Source of the DNA: Mobula birostris
Lineage: Eukaryota
Reading direction: 5' to 3'
NCBI RefSeq assembly: GCF_030028105.1
Contig: NC_092379.1
Span: 23,925,821 to 23,989,820 of the forward strand
DNA: 64,000 bases
A model generated the notes under the pieces. It had not been told where the DNA came from. It made no database searches and was given only the letters and a program-made list of their open reading frames with translations. Both the position numbers and the translations under genes were made by a program. Positions 39,201 through 51,825 of the stretch are shown here, in pieces (position 1 is the stretch's first letter; each line of letters opens with the position of its first letter).

Positions 39201-42010
39201 AAGTAAGAAATGAATTATTCTGGCTCGCCAGAGAGCCTTTTGATGCAAACAAATTGATAAGCCAGGAGTCATAAAGAAGCTCGTAGGGTAAAGATGAGAG
39301 ATCTCTTTCCTCGATGATATCAAAATTCTGAAACGAAATCCTTACTATTGGCGAGACTTAAAAAATACAAATTGCTAAGATGTTGGAAATCTGACCGCTG
39401 ATCCAAATCTGAGCGGATCATTTTGATCTGATTATAAATTTGACAGACTTGTTGTGGTGGTATTCGTGGACTGCTCTTCCATCCCCTGCGCTACTAATCT
39501 GATTTCATTTGCTGCCCTATTCTCCACCGTCCGAAATCGAACCTTCTGCTTCCCCATTGGATCACTGTATAGATCGTGTCCTGGAGAATCTTCTTCTTTC
39601 GGAAACATCACAAGAATAGGCTGTTGTTTTACTATCACCTTAAAGTTTTTTTGATTCTGTTGTGTGCTGAATAGTTCCACATTCTCTGCTCTGGAACAGG
39701 GCTGTATTTTGCAGTTCCGTCATTGCCCTTGAAAAGCTCTAACACAATGTAAGTTATTCTGTAAATGTCAAGACTGTACCACACAACTACTCTTACCGAA
39801 GCACTGGTATAAATGGTTTCACGCTATAGGAAAGGTTTCATTACTGATGTAATGTTTTTTTTGCAGCAACAGTGTGTTTGGTTTATGACTAGAGATCAAC
39901 GGGGCTTTGTAATGTGCGGTGTCCGATGAGGGGATTGGTGTTCGTTCTTGTGTGCCCGAGAGCGAGGGATTCGGGTGCTTTTGTTCGGGAGAAGATGCCA
40001 GAAAGGTGAAGTCGTAGACTGCAAGACGGAGCGGACCTGGAGTGTGGTTGGGAGTCGACGACACCCCGGTGAAATCGATGGAGAACGAACAGACGGGAAA
40101 ACAGTGAGCTCCATCGTGCACATTAGACTGCTTTATTAAAATGGACCCCTTTTCTTTTTATTTTGTTTACTCACCCTAGAGTCGAAGTAAGAGGTATAAA
40201 GCTCAATCGTTTAATTGCGAACTGTGTAATGTTTGTTATTTCGATGTACTAATTTGTAATAGGTGAACACATCACGCAGCATCCACACAAACAAGATTTC
40301 TCAAGTTGTCCAGGCCGGAGGCTGTCGACCCCTAGACTAACGCCACTGGTCGAACCTGAGTGTTACACCGGTTTACGTGGATCTCAACTGTTAAAGGAAC
40401 CCATTCAGGATGTAGGACGGCTTGGAATTATAGAGGCGGCTTTGTCTGTGAACTGAGAGCGAACAGTTCTTTTCAACAGCAAAGTTCAATTCATGTCCCG
40501 TAAGTGTATGATGGGACAAGTTAGGGGAAATTTCACTCTTTGTTTACGCACTAATGTCCCTGCCCTGGCTGGGATGGATAATGTAGAAGTATCTTTGTAA
40601 CTACTCTGTTCACTCTGGGGTGCTTAATGGAATCTCCACGAGGAAGAATTACCTAGATACACAGGATAAATACTGATTGTTTTCAATGAGGGAGCAGAGA
40701 GTGAGGACATTCATCCGATAGTGCCTGAGCAACCTTTTAGCTGATGAACCCAAATAAAACAATTGATCTCTCTGCTCTGTTCCGTCTCATTACGAAAATT
40801 AGATCTCCGCCTGTTCTCTCTCTACACTCACTATTAGACATCACGGTCTAATAGGCAATGTGTTTCAGGTCACAATCGTTCATCGATAAACGTCCCTTAA
40901 ATGGAACACTATTACACAATAATGACTTGAAAACCACACTCCCAACGCCACCTACACTATTCCCAAACCCTATCCGCCAATGCAAGGATGCCTGGAATTT
41001 ATGACGGCCTTATGCCTTCATTTCCCTGACTTAATATTTCTATACAACTTACCTACTACCTTCCCAACTCCAAAATTTATCCTCCCCATACACCATCTGA
41101 ACAGCCATCAGGGAATAAAACTAAAATCTTAAATCCATCAATTAATCCTCAGATATCGCCTGTACCATAGATACATCCTTGTACAGACCTGACGCTGATC
41201 ATTACATGATGGAGCTGACACCCACCTGTACCTTGGGGATATGGGAGACAATATAATAGTGATGACTATCGGCCAGCATTGACAAGGAAGTACAAGAAGA
41301 TGTTGGCTGTAACATGAATGTAAGGAAGACCAAGCCATTGACTGGGGACAAAGGGAAACAGTGCATAAAAGATAGTACAAACAAGCTACGGGACAACTTC
41401 TTCCAACAGGTCACAGAACTGCTTAATTCATGCTGACACAAATGTATTTGTATGTTATATTGACTATCCTATTGTATATAATAATGATTATAAATTACTA
41501 TAATTGCACATTGCACATTCAGCGCAGACGAAACATAAACATTTACTTCTCATGTATATTAAGGATGTAAGTAGTAAAGTCAATTCATTTCAATTCAGAT
41601 CAATTCAAGATATCGTCAGCGTGGTCCGTCCTAGTAGGCAAGATATCCACACTGCACCGTCTCCCCATTCACCCAATACAGTAACTTCAGTTGTTTGCCA
41701 CATCCACTAATCTTGGAAAAGAGTTAACATAATCCCAGTCCGGAAGAAGCTGCTTCCTGGATTTTTATCTGAAATCCCTAGCCTGGTTCTTCCTAGCCTG
41801 TGAATAAAAGAGGCATTTTCACAGTTTTCCTCTCTGCCGACACCGGTTTCCTCCATTTCGTACAATTAGAGTTGAAGGTATTTGGGCTTATACTTGCCCA
41901 GAACAGTTGCCTTAACAGTCTGAGTCAGCCTTCAGGGAATTAACTCTTGGATGCAGCATTGCAGAATTCGTGGAGGCAAACTGCAGTGCACACGTCCATT
42001 TGTCGGGAGC

Positions 42011-42074
42011 AGTTTTTGGCCAGCTCCCCATCACACTGGTGCATATCACGGTGCATAACTGCAGGTCATAGTAC
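42011..42074 (-). pseudogene. D site with defective 3' heptamer, cassette 5
   Basis: Plus strand agtttttgg-12-cacactg-gtgcatat-cacggtg-12-tcatagtac; the 3' heptamer reads CAGTGTG on the minus strand (no CAC). Confidence 0.65.
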
Positions 42075-42880
42075 AACTTCATCATATCTACCCCGAAATC
42101 GAGAGGGTCGCTGAGACGCCCAACAGATTTATTAAACCCACTCTCAGGGTTTGGGCGTCCCACACAGCGGGTCTTAATTTCAGCTAACCCAGTCCTGAAA
42201 TGGAGATGATGTAACCAACCGGCACCTTTCTCTGGGATTCAGCTGACAGTTCCTTCTCTGCAGTTCCTTTTGCATTGATACTCATTTCTAGTGGAGCATC
42301 TACCCATCCCTAGATTATGCACACGTGATCTGATTTATATCCATCGATGCCAGGGTCAAGACCGGTAGAAGCGAACGGGGAGCGTAATCAGAAATGTTTT
42401 GTTGTAATAGATATGGAGGACAGCCACCTCTCACACTGAGGCACACCAGCATATAGCCGATGTGATACACCGACGCACGATAACCTCCGCCCGTATCACT
42501 GCCTCCCAGCACGGGCACTCCTCATTCAAAACGCACTAGAACACCAAATGGTCTCTGATGATTAATGTTTCTCATAGCCCGACCATTTACTGTCACGAGT
42601 CGACGAAGGACCTATACCTGACAAAGTGAGCCCATTCCCACTCACGGCACTTGGCTTCCAGCTGACTTTCGAAGTGATCCGCCGAGCTCCTCGGCCCACC
42701 ATTCAGCATCTCTTCAGGACATCCACGCTGGAAACCCTCCTTCCATTGCGTGGACTAGGGGATGTAGCCCAGAACGACCGAGATACGGCTGTGGTGATCA
42801 CTACTGTCCTTTCCCTCAGCGCCCTAAGGGAAGGCGCTGTCGCTCGGTCTCACAGTCCACTCCCGATCTCTCTCAATATG

Positions 42881-43373
42881 TCTTTGGCACAGTAATAGGT
42901 GGCTGTGTCTTCCAGTCGAAGGTTGTTCATTTGCAGATAAACAGTGCTACAGTCCTTGAAAACCTCGAATCTGCCTTCGACTCCAGGCGCGTACTTCTTG
43001 TTACCGTTATCCCATACAACGGCCACCCATTCCAGCCCTCTCCCGAAGACGAGTTTCACTTTGACAGACCATGTCATAGACGCTGAGGCTGAACCCACTG
43101 ACTACACGGATCAATCTGTGGGACTGGACAAGTTTTGCCACCGCTGACAGGGGCTGTGTCAGCAGGATATCGGACTGCACGCCTGTCAATTAAAAAAAAA
43201 AGAGCAGAATTTGATAAAACTATCTCCGAGCGCAGACTCACAAAGCCTTTGAGAACCAGCCGACCATGGGTAGCTGCTTAAATTGCGGGACAGACACCTG
43301 CTAGACAAAGCAGGAGGGAGCAGAGATAAGGAATGGCCCCTATCGTGCTGAGCACTGAATCTGACTTGGACAT
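42881..43373 (-). pseudogene. IGHV: IgH-type V pseudogene (V5, subfamily I)
   Basis: Leader [26 protein letters not shown] (43373-43298), V exon 43182-42881. First Cys is mutated to Arg (CGT), there is a +4 frameshift at the CDR1/FR2 boundary, the heptamer has decayed to CATATTG and the nonamer is lost. Confidence 0.92.
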
Positions 43374-43387
43374 TTTTGAAATCGGGG

Positions 43388-43520
43388 CAAACAACAGGAA
43401 TTCTGCAGATGCTGGAAATTCAAGCAACACACATCAAAGTTGCTGGTGAACGCAGCGGGCCAGGCAGCATCTCTAGGAAGAGGTGCAGTCGAAGTTTCAG
43501 GCCGAGACCTTCGTCAGAAC
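43388..43520 (+). mobile_element. Penelope-associated repeat inserted just 5' of the V5 start codon
   Basis: acaacaggaattctgcagatgctgg...cttcgtcagaac flanked by a duplicated ATCGGGG (43381, 43521). Confidence 0.7.
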
Positions 43521-46441
43521 ATCGGGGGCTTCAGCTGAGATCGGATTTATCGCGAGCCGATGAGAGCGCTTTACAAATAGAGACGTGGTCTGTGAGTGAG
43601 AGAAGGAGCCGCTGCTTGAATAGGCTCCCACCTACGAAAACCAGAAGCACAGTTTCCTGTCCTCGCCTCCAGCACAGATTTCAAAAGATGTTCGTTTCTG
43701 GAGAGGGGACAGGTCAGCGGAAATGAGCTGATCGGAATTGAAGATCTGTTACACTCATCATTTTCGGCGATAAACAGTTTGTTTCAACTGAAAGTAGGTT
43801 ACTTGGAAGTAGGTACAGAGGAGATGTCAGTGGTACTTGTTTTTCACGCAGAGTGGTGAGTGCGTGGATTGGGCTGCCGGCGGCGTCTCTGGTGGCGGAA
43901 ACAATAGAGAGTCCTGGACAGGTACATGAAACTTAGAAAACTAAGGGGTTATGTGTAAGCCTAGGAAGTTCTAGGGTGAGGACGTTTACGGCACAGCTTT
44001 GTTGGCCGAAGGGCCCGTATTATGCTGTAGGTTTTCTGTGTTTCTATGTTTCCAGGAAAGGGAGAGAACCCCGGCGAGAAAGAATGAGAGACAACAGTCA
44101 GTGGACGGGGTTAGCCCTGAAATACAGGGTCTCAGAAACACCAGCCTGTGGACAAACATTACCCTGTGAGACACCAGTTAGTGGACAGCGATTCGCTTGT
44201 GAGACAGGAACGGAGATTCTTGTCAATGCACTGGTTCCCCTTAGATACAGCGACTAACAGTCTAGTCACTGGACAGATATCCCCCGAGAGTCAGAGACTG
44301 AGAGACATCAGTTAGTGGACAGATATCGCTCTGACTAACAGGGACTGAGCACACTAGTCAACGGGCAAATGTCCTCCTTAGTGACACGGTTTGAGAGACA
44401 GTGGACTCTGCAGGTAAATGTCATGAACAAAAAAAAAAATAGTTTCGATACAGTTCTCTATCTGCACCCACAGCACGAAAGTCAACATTAAACACTGATC
44501 CATAGGGGAAATGGAGTATATATTTTCTGATAAGGAATGATCTTTATCAGTGATCCGACAACATGAATTTCAGTGCAAATTAGTTGGCAAGTTTCCCCTC
44601 ACCAGTATTAGATAACTCTTTTGACCTGTTTCAGACGATGAGAGGCTATCAACTATTGATGCAGGGAGCTTAGGTGCTGACAACAAATAACAGTAGAAGT
44701 AGTTGTTGCTGGTAACAGCTAACGCCCCGGGAGAGTAGCAGGCAAGTTCTGCTGAATCGGTGGATTTTGAAAGGAAACTCATGGGGGAGGACATCCAAGG
44801 TGCAGATCATCAGGGTGGGTTATTTTGTTTCTCAGTCTGGTGATGGCAGTACTGCGTGTCCCAAATCTTGGATCCTCACTCAAATATAAACTGTGCTGAT
44901 AGAATCATTAATCAAACCAAATCTCACCCTTACCCAGGCATTTTCAGTCATTAAGCAGGGTTCATGACTTCTGGACAAATCAGAGCAGTTTCTGCAGACA
45001 ATGAAGTACTTTTTGAAGTAGGTCCAGTGTTTTCCCTACGGGTCCCAAATTCCATATAACAACCTCTCTGACAAAATCAGTGGCGTATAAAGAGATTAGG
45101 CATTCTGTGATGCTGGTTGAGGGATCAACGTTGGGACAGAGAGCGGAGGATGGTCCAAACGTTTATGTCCACCTGACACAAGAACCCCATCATGGCAGTA
45201 ATCAAAAAGGTGAACATTAGTTTTTCCTCCAAAAGGACCATACTCTTGCCGTAGGGGTTGGAGGATAGCCTGCTTCAGTGAATCTGAAATATATATTGTC
45301 TGGCCTCAGAACATTACGCTTTGTTTCTTGGCAGCTTTACCGATGAGAAACAGCTCAAATGGTAGAGTCCACATTAAGAGTGGCCTACTGATCCTCTAGG
45401 ATCTGTTGTTCTGACTGTTCTAAAAATTGTTCTGCAAATAGTAATAAAAATGTATATCTGCGTGCGACAGCATTCCTGAGTCTCCACCCAGGATTTGCTT
45501 GACTGGCAGGAGTGTAAACTGAGAGAAAGCTACTGTCATGATGTAGAAAGTCCTGAACACTGTCATGATCTAGACCAAAATTGGTTTTTGGAATGTACAA
45601 ACAATGTCTGGGCAAGCTGTCATAATTCCACCTACGAGTCTCCATAACGGCAGGAATAAGGATCCGTTATCACACCTGGGGCACAATAGAGATAATGGCC
45701 AAAAACAGACGTTCTGCACTTCAACGGTGACAGTGTTTCTGCCATTTATCGTAGACTTCTCTCTTGCATTTGTCGGCAAAAGTGCAATGCCTCACGTTTG
45801 TACCGATTAAAATCTAATTTCCAATTTCTCGGCCCAAATAATCGATGTCCTGCTATGTCAATTTGACAGACTTATTCGTTATTTACAGGTCCGCTATATG
45901 TCTGTTGTCGGCAAACCTAATCAGCCACCTTCTATTTTCCTTCGAAGATTTATAAATAGCAGAAACAGTTGAAATCCCAGCGGCGCTCCTTACAGATCAA
46001 CACCAGCCATACTTCTCCTATATCACTACAGACTGCCTTCACAGCCAAGGCAATTTTACATCCAATCCGTCAAATCTCTATGGATCCCATGTGCCTTAAC
46101 ATTCTGGGTCAGGTTACAACAAGGGATTTTTTCTGCTTTATAATTGTACATGTAGACAGCACTCACTAGTCCACTCACACCACACATTTTCGTCACTATT
46201 CAAAAACGGATTTTCTTTTCTAAGATATGGTCTCCTCTGCATAAACCATTTCCGACCAGCCTTAATGGGGCACCCGCCATGCTGACTACATCAAAGAGTG
46301 GGATAAGATGTATCATTCTTATATAATGCCAGCAAACAGTAACGGAACCGATTTGCTTCCATCAGTGCTATGAACTTTACCCGATCCTGTGATCGCATAA
46401 AATTGCTTGGGCAGCAGAGTAATGCAGCTTGTTATAAAGTT

Positions 46442-47570
46442 CAGCGGTCCCCAACCACCTGGCCGCGGACCGTTACCGGGCCGCAAAGCATACGCTACCG
46501 GGCCGCAAGAAAACGATATGATTTGGCGATAGGAGTCAGCTGCACCTTTCCTCATTTCTGGTCATGCCCACTGTTGAGCCATTACGTATGCGAGGTCATT
46601 GCCCGCGCGTGAACCATGTCAGCGCGGAAAGAAGATCAACTCCTCGAGCTTGCAAATGACGGCGGGCTGAAATGTATGTTTGACATAACATCTCTGCCGG
46701 CATTCTGGTTATCAAAGTCAAAGCTAAATATCCTGAGATAGCCATGAAAGCGCTGAAAACGTTGCTTCAATTTCCAACATATCTCTGCAATGAATGCAAC
46801 GAAATCAAATTGCGTAATAGACTGGACATAAGGAACTCCGTTCTAGTATCGCTGCCTCCGATCACCCCTCGATGGGACCATCTTGTTGCAGGGAAACAAG
46901 CATTCAGCCCAGTGCTCCCACTGATTCAGCGATATTGGTGTGTTGCAATGATTTTATATGTTCATATGGGGAAAATATGTGCTGTATGTTTACCATCCAA
47001 ACGTTACTTAAAATGTTATGATGCTATTGACTTACTCATATAACCATCTAACAACTACAGCACGGGAACAGGCCATCTCTGCCCTGCTAGTCCGCGCCAA
47101 AAGCTACGCTCAATTAGTCCCACCGACCTGAACACAGCCCACAACCATCCATTCCTTTCCTGTCATATACCTATCCAATTTTTTCTGTAAACAATATCGA
47201 ACCTGTCTCTGCCACTTCTACAGGATGTTCGTTCAATACTTACTTCAAGCTCCCCTGCCCTTCCGTGATAATTGACTTATCGCTATATTCATGCGAGGAA
47301 AATATGCGCTGTGTGTTTAATGTTAAATTTGTTAGATAAACCCCTTTAGAAATGAAATTGAGTGTATTAGCCACTTATCCCCTATATTCCGGTCGTAATT
47401 AGCACCCTCCCCTCCCCCAACAGAGTCGCCAAAAGCAATTTGTAGAAAAACATCGACACGTACACGCATGCGCAAAGCAAGCATGCGCACTGGTGCCCGC
47501 GCAAGGCTTCATGGTCATTGTAGTCTCACAGTAAACAACATATTTAGCTCTACTCTTGTCTGTTGGATCT
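46442..47570 (+). mobile_element. hAT (Buster-like) DNA transposon fragment with a nested CR1 3' end (~47043-47250)
   Basis: cagcggtccccaacc terminal sequence; transposase C-terminal remnant LLELANDGGL...SLPAFW...YPEIAMKALKTLLQFPTYLC; the other end was not found. Confidence 0.65.
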
Positions 47571-47574
47571 CCCC

Positions 47575-47715
47575 CTCCCCCTCCTACATTTAAATCTCTT
47601 ACTAATTCTTCCTTCAGTTAGTCCTGACGAAGGGTCTCGGCCTGAAACGTCGATTGTACCTCTTCCTAGAGATGCTGCCTGGCCTGCTGCATTCACCGGC
47701 AACTTTGATGTGTGT
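47575..47715 (-). mobile_element. Penelope-associated terminal repeat fragment
   Basis: gtcctgacgaagggtctcggcctgaaacgtcg...ctttgatgtgtgtt. Confidence 0.6.
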
Positions 47716-49164
47716 TAGTTGCCAGGGATAAGTTGGAAAGTTGATTTGGTGACATTTCTCCAATAGATGGCATTCGCTGAAATGTCAGAAAGATTTAATT
47801 GTAGGTAAGAGAGTAAAGATCAGAGAGATAGCAAACTCCTTTTAATACATTATTCCATGTCACATCAGTTCTGCAGCACTTGATTCTACAATTTCCCATT
47901 AAGGTTTTTTTTTTTCTGTCCCACCTTTTTGTTCCAAATCGTATGATATCCTTGAAATCACTTTACTGTCCGTTCATTGCTATAGCAGTTAGATTCCTTT
48001 TCGAAATCCAGAGTGCCAATGCTTCATAGTCAATTATGTTTCCACGCACTGTCTGAAAACATCACTTTCGGAAAAAAAATGAAAAAAATAACTATTATTT
48101 CCTTGGGAATCATTAGTAGAAAGGTCAATATAAATAATCTCGTTTATTGTTTGATCTTGTGCGATAAAATAGAAACTTGATCTCACAATCTACCTCGTCA
48201 TTCCCTTGCAATTCATTTTTAGACCGTTCTGCATTTTCCGAGGAAATGTAACAGTCTGCTCTTCACCGTGCACTTGCCTTTCCCCTGCACTATCTCAATG
48301 ACCTGACGCGATAAAATTACCTGTATGGATGAAAGGCAAAATAAAACTTTCCCATTGTATTTTGGTACAAGTTACAAAATAGCCAATTCACTATTACTTG
48401 ATTTAATATCATTGTGGTTTTTATCAGATACAACATTTATTTATCAACTATGGTTTTCGATACTTAAGTTCAGTTATTGCATGTTTGTACTTTCTCCCTT
48501 TCCCTTTAAGAAGTGGGGCGGGTAGAGGTGGGCCTGTGGAAAGAGGGTTATAGTTACTGCACTACAATTCCAGAACCTATAAAGGGTTGCAAACTGGTAG
48601 CAAGGTCATACTCTATATTCACTTGTATTTATTGACGTAAAATGTCCTCTTTCTTAACAGTACTGTTTTGACGGAGATACATCGAATAGTTTCTCAAAAG
48701 AAAACAATTCACTGGATAAAGTAACTTCGTTATTCTGCTGGTAAGAGCAATGGACCTTTTAGCTCTGGCGGCTTTAGAGTAATTTATGAAAATTCTTCGA
48801 CGTAAAATATTAAAGCTGTTTCTTCCTCCACACAAACTACAGAAACTGTAATTTTTTCAAAAAGCGTTTATGAAAGTTTTCTGACATATTGAATATTTCG
48901 CAAAAAAAATAACATAACTGTAACTTTATTCTTTGGCAACAGTGTAAAAGAAACTGAAGGAAATAATAAAAAAAAGATTTCAGTAGCAGTTAGCTGGTAA
49001 CAGAAACTAATGAAAAACAGTTTAGATAGGTGGTTGGTGAGGTAGGGGAGACATATTTTTTAACCATCAAATACTAAATAGTTAAAACCAAGTATCTTAT
49101 AAAACGCAAATAAAGAGTAACATTCCGTGTGGAAGCAACTTTAAAGATCATAAATACGATAAGA

Positions 49165-49470
49165 GAGAACATAGAAACTTAGATACATAGAAAACCTACA
49201 GCACAATACAGGCCCTTCGGCCCAGAAAGCTGTGCCGAACATGGCCTTACCTTGGAAATTACCTCGGGTTACCCATTGCCCTCTATTTTTCTAAGCTCCA
49301 TGTACCTATCCAGGAGTCTATTCAAAGATCCTATCCTACCCTCCGCCACCATCGCCGCCGGCAGTCCATTTCATGCACTCACCACTCTCTGCGTAAAAAA
49401 AAAACTTACCCGTGACATCTCCTTTGTACCTACTTCAAAGCACTTTAAAACTATGCCCTCTGGTGCGATG
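49165..49470 (-). mobile_element. CR1-like LINE 3' end
   Basis: Same family as 4337-4605, in reverse orientation. Confidence 0.85.
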
Positions 49471-50574
49471 AAGAAAAGAAAATAATGTCGGATTTATTCT
49501 TGATTTTACTGCAGCTACATAATGATGGAAATAGGGCACTGACGAAAGTCCTTCGGCCTATTGACACCTCGCTGACATCAATCAGATGTTTATAATCCTT
49601 ATGCGGTTATTCCATTTTAATTTCCCTGCGTTGGATCTCCGCAGAACCCACTGTGACCTTCCGTCAACTCACCTTATATTCTATGTCACTTGCACACAGA
49701 AAATAATTCAGAGTGATAAATTAACCTGAAAATCGTTATGGTTTTTGGAAGCTGGGCCAGGCGATAGTAACGGAGACCCAGAGGAAACACATGTGGTCAC
49801 AGGGAGCGGATACAGCACTTAGTTGTGTATTAAACCCTGGGTTCTGTCTTAATGAAGCAACTGTACCATAAGTTGAGTCAATGCAAAGAGGTCTCGAATT
49901 TCGTGAGATTTTAAGTAGAATATTCTCACTCCAAGAATTACCGCTGCCAAATCTTTTCACCAGCGAAATCAAGCCCTGAATTGAACAGCTTTTGCTGTAT
50001 GAATCTTTGTTATCCATGTGATTAATGTAATCAGCCAGCGAAAATACGGTCTATACAAGATGATGACAGTTTTTTTTTCTGCTTGATAACTTAAACAGAA
50101 GCCCAGGTGCAGATTACGGGGGAAATGTTTGTCCCATATCATTTGCCAGAGGTTTACCTTTAAATTGGGAAGCCTGTCTTTCTTGCTATCTGCAGCAGAA
50201 TGAGAGAGAAAATTCAGCTTAAATGAATTAATAACAAGTTCTTAAGCTCACTTGAGAGGGGAAGGATGTGGGTTAGAACTCTATCACTTCACACAGAGAT
50301 GTTATCATCAGGACGGGCTGAACGACCTCCTTAGTGAAGTACGATTCCGGGAGACTGGTCGTCATGGGCCATATTGAGTTAGTGCTCCCATGAACAACCA
50401 GGACCATCACCAACAATTTTATTTTATTTACCCACATAGCCAAATAGACAGAGAGAGTTAATTGATATCCGGTCATCAGGACATTACAGGCGCCAGGGCT
50501 GTTGCCTATTGGATTTTGTATGCTTGAGGGCTGGAGGGAAGCGGGGGCGGGGGACGGAATGAGAGAGTAAATGA

Positions 50575-50633
50575 GTGAGATACAGAGAGAGAGAGAGACA
50601 AACAGAACAGACGGGGGGCGGAGAGAGCGAGCG

Positions 50634-50664
<31 letters not shown>

Positions 50665-50665
50665 T
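50575..50665. repeat. Compound (GA)n/(GAGC)n microsatellite
   Basis: gagagagaga...gcgagcgagcgagagagagag. Confidence 0.95.
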
Positions 50666-51164
50666 GTAACGGGTGTTCGAAGGTCGCTTGTGGTGAGGTG
50701 AAGGGACGTATTATCCACGAAGTGACTTTCACCCGAATCGCTAGCTGTTTCTTTTTGCACAGATGTTGACCGATTGTTATTTTCTGCCGTTCTTTTCAGA
50801 TTTTTGACCCTACTTGATCGTCTATTTTCCCATGCATTATTCCCACTGCACACGGCGTAAACTCTACACTCTATAGTGCTGCACCTGTTAATTAAATCTT
50901 ACAAAGAAATTACTGGGTGAATAGATGAACTCCTATATGTTAAAATCTGAAGGTACTTCGGAAAATGTTTGCATGGCATTTTCCGACGGGACGCCGGAAC
51001 GTAATTCTGCCCTTTTCTGCAATGCTTTGTCACCGCAGTGACCTTAGATAAGCTAATATGTCAGCAAGGCATGTTGTGTTTTATCTTGTTTACTTAGTTC
51101 TCTGCTATCACTGAGAGGATGCTGAGAAAGTATGACTTCCAGAAATTGAAGAGGAAACCTACAC

Positions 51165-51241
51165 TTGGTAAAACTGTCACCTGGGACCCACCGCCAAATG
51201 TAAGTTTATATTTACACATTAACAATAACCGGGCAAAAATC
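51165..51241 (-). CDS. TCR alpha/delta-type J segment (coding 51214-51165) with ~12-RSS
   Basis: Minus strand GATTTTTGC-11-TAATGTG (or a 12-nt spacer with the nonamer shifted by one), then a 50-nt coding region KYKLTFGGGSQVTVLP and a phase-1 donor A|GTGTAG. The 3' end is near-identical to the J at 51.85 kb. Confidence 0.8.
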
Positions 51242-51825
51242 GTCCATTGGATTAACAGGCCCACTGAGTTGCAATTACCCTCACAGCCTCCGCTGCTGCA
51301 AGCTTCTATGATGGGTTTGTTTTCAATGAGGTCAGCGAGTGTAAGTCCATTCAAGGAAATACATTGACCACTACCTGAGAATGTTGCTTTGCATTTTAAT
51401 ACATCTTTACAGGAGAAAGAAAAGCCATATTGGTTTTTGGAGATATGGGGATGGGGCGAGGTGCGTAAAACACAGAAGTGGGCGTTGTGCAGTTCTGTGC
51501 GCAGCTTTATGTCGTGTGCCTGCCTTGAGTCTCTATTTCCGATTTCTAATTTAAAGGTATGTTTGAGGGCAATGAAAGCTTTCAGATTGAATGAGATCGG
51601 GGATTCCGTGTCAGTCCGAGAATACACGGATCAGCCTCCTGATGGCATATTTTTTTTGATTAAAGACCAGAGTTTTGATCAGCTGGAACACATTTATACG
51701 CTGATTGTGTTTGAACAACTTTCTCCCGACCTCTAGGTATTTGTTGCCTTAGCTTTCGGGCGACAATAACAAAGCACCAGTCAGCAGTAAATGATACACA
51801 TTTGAATTAGAGAAAACTCACTCAC

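Larger units (their letters stand above)
1..46440. repeat. Higher-order segmental tandem array of a two-cassette unit (starts at ~1, ~16250, ~37230)
   Basis: Co-linear non-coding blocks repeat. V1-V3 are 18.3 kb apart, V3-V5 21.0 kb and V2-V4 21.7 kb; the differences are largely explained by copy-specific LINE insertions. Confidence 0.85.

Noticed and set aside
48740-48830. TCR transmembrane-like GFRVI..MK..KLFL
   Set aside because: Wrong strand relative to the Js, needs a frameshift, and has charged residues in the putative TM
49890-49975. FGSG motif with a GTGAGA donor (and FGPDT at ~53360) as extra Js
   Set aside because: Too short or missing the TxLxV tail, and no nonamer
50273-50540. 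Minus-strand open frame with Cys...Trp...Cys spacing after a pyrimidine tract, as a possible C exon
   Set aside because: Phase 0 rather than phase 1, no C1-set motifs, and it runs into a stop with no donor; needs an HMM search to exclude fully
51094-51627. 177-aa ORF as a germline-joined V-J
   Set aside because: Only the J portion is Ig-like; there is no Cys-Trp-YYC framework and an unrearranged RSS precedes the J
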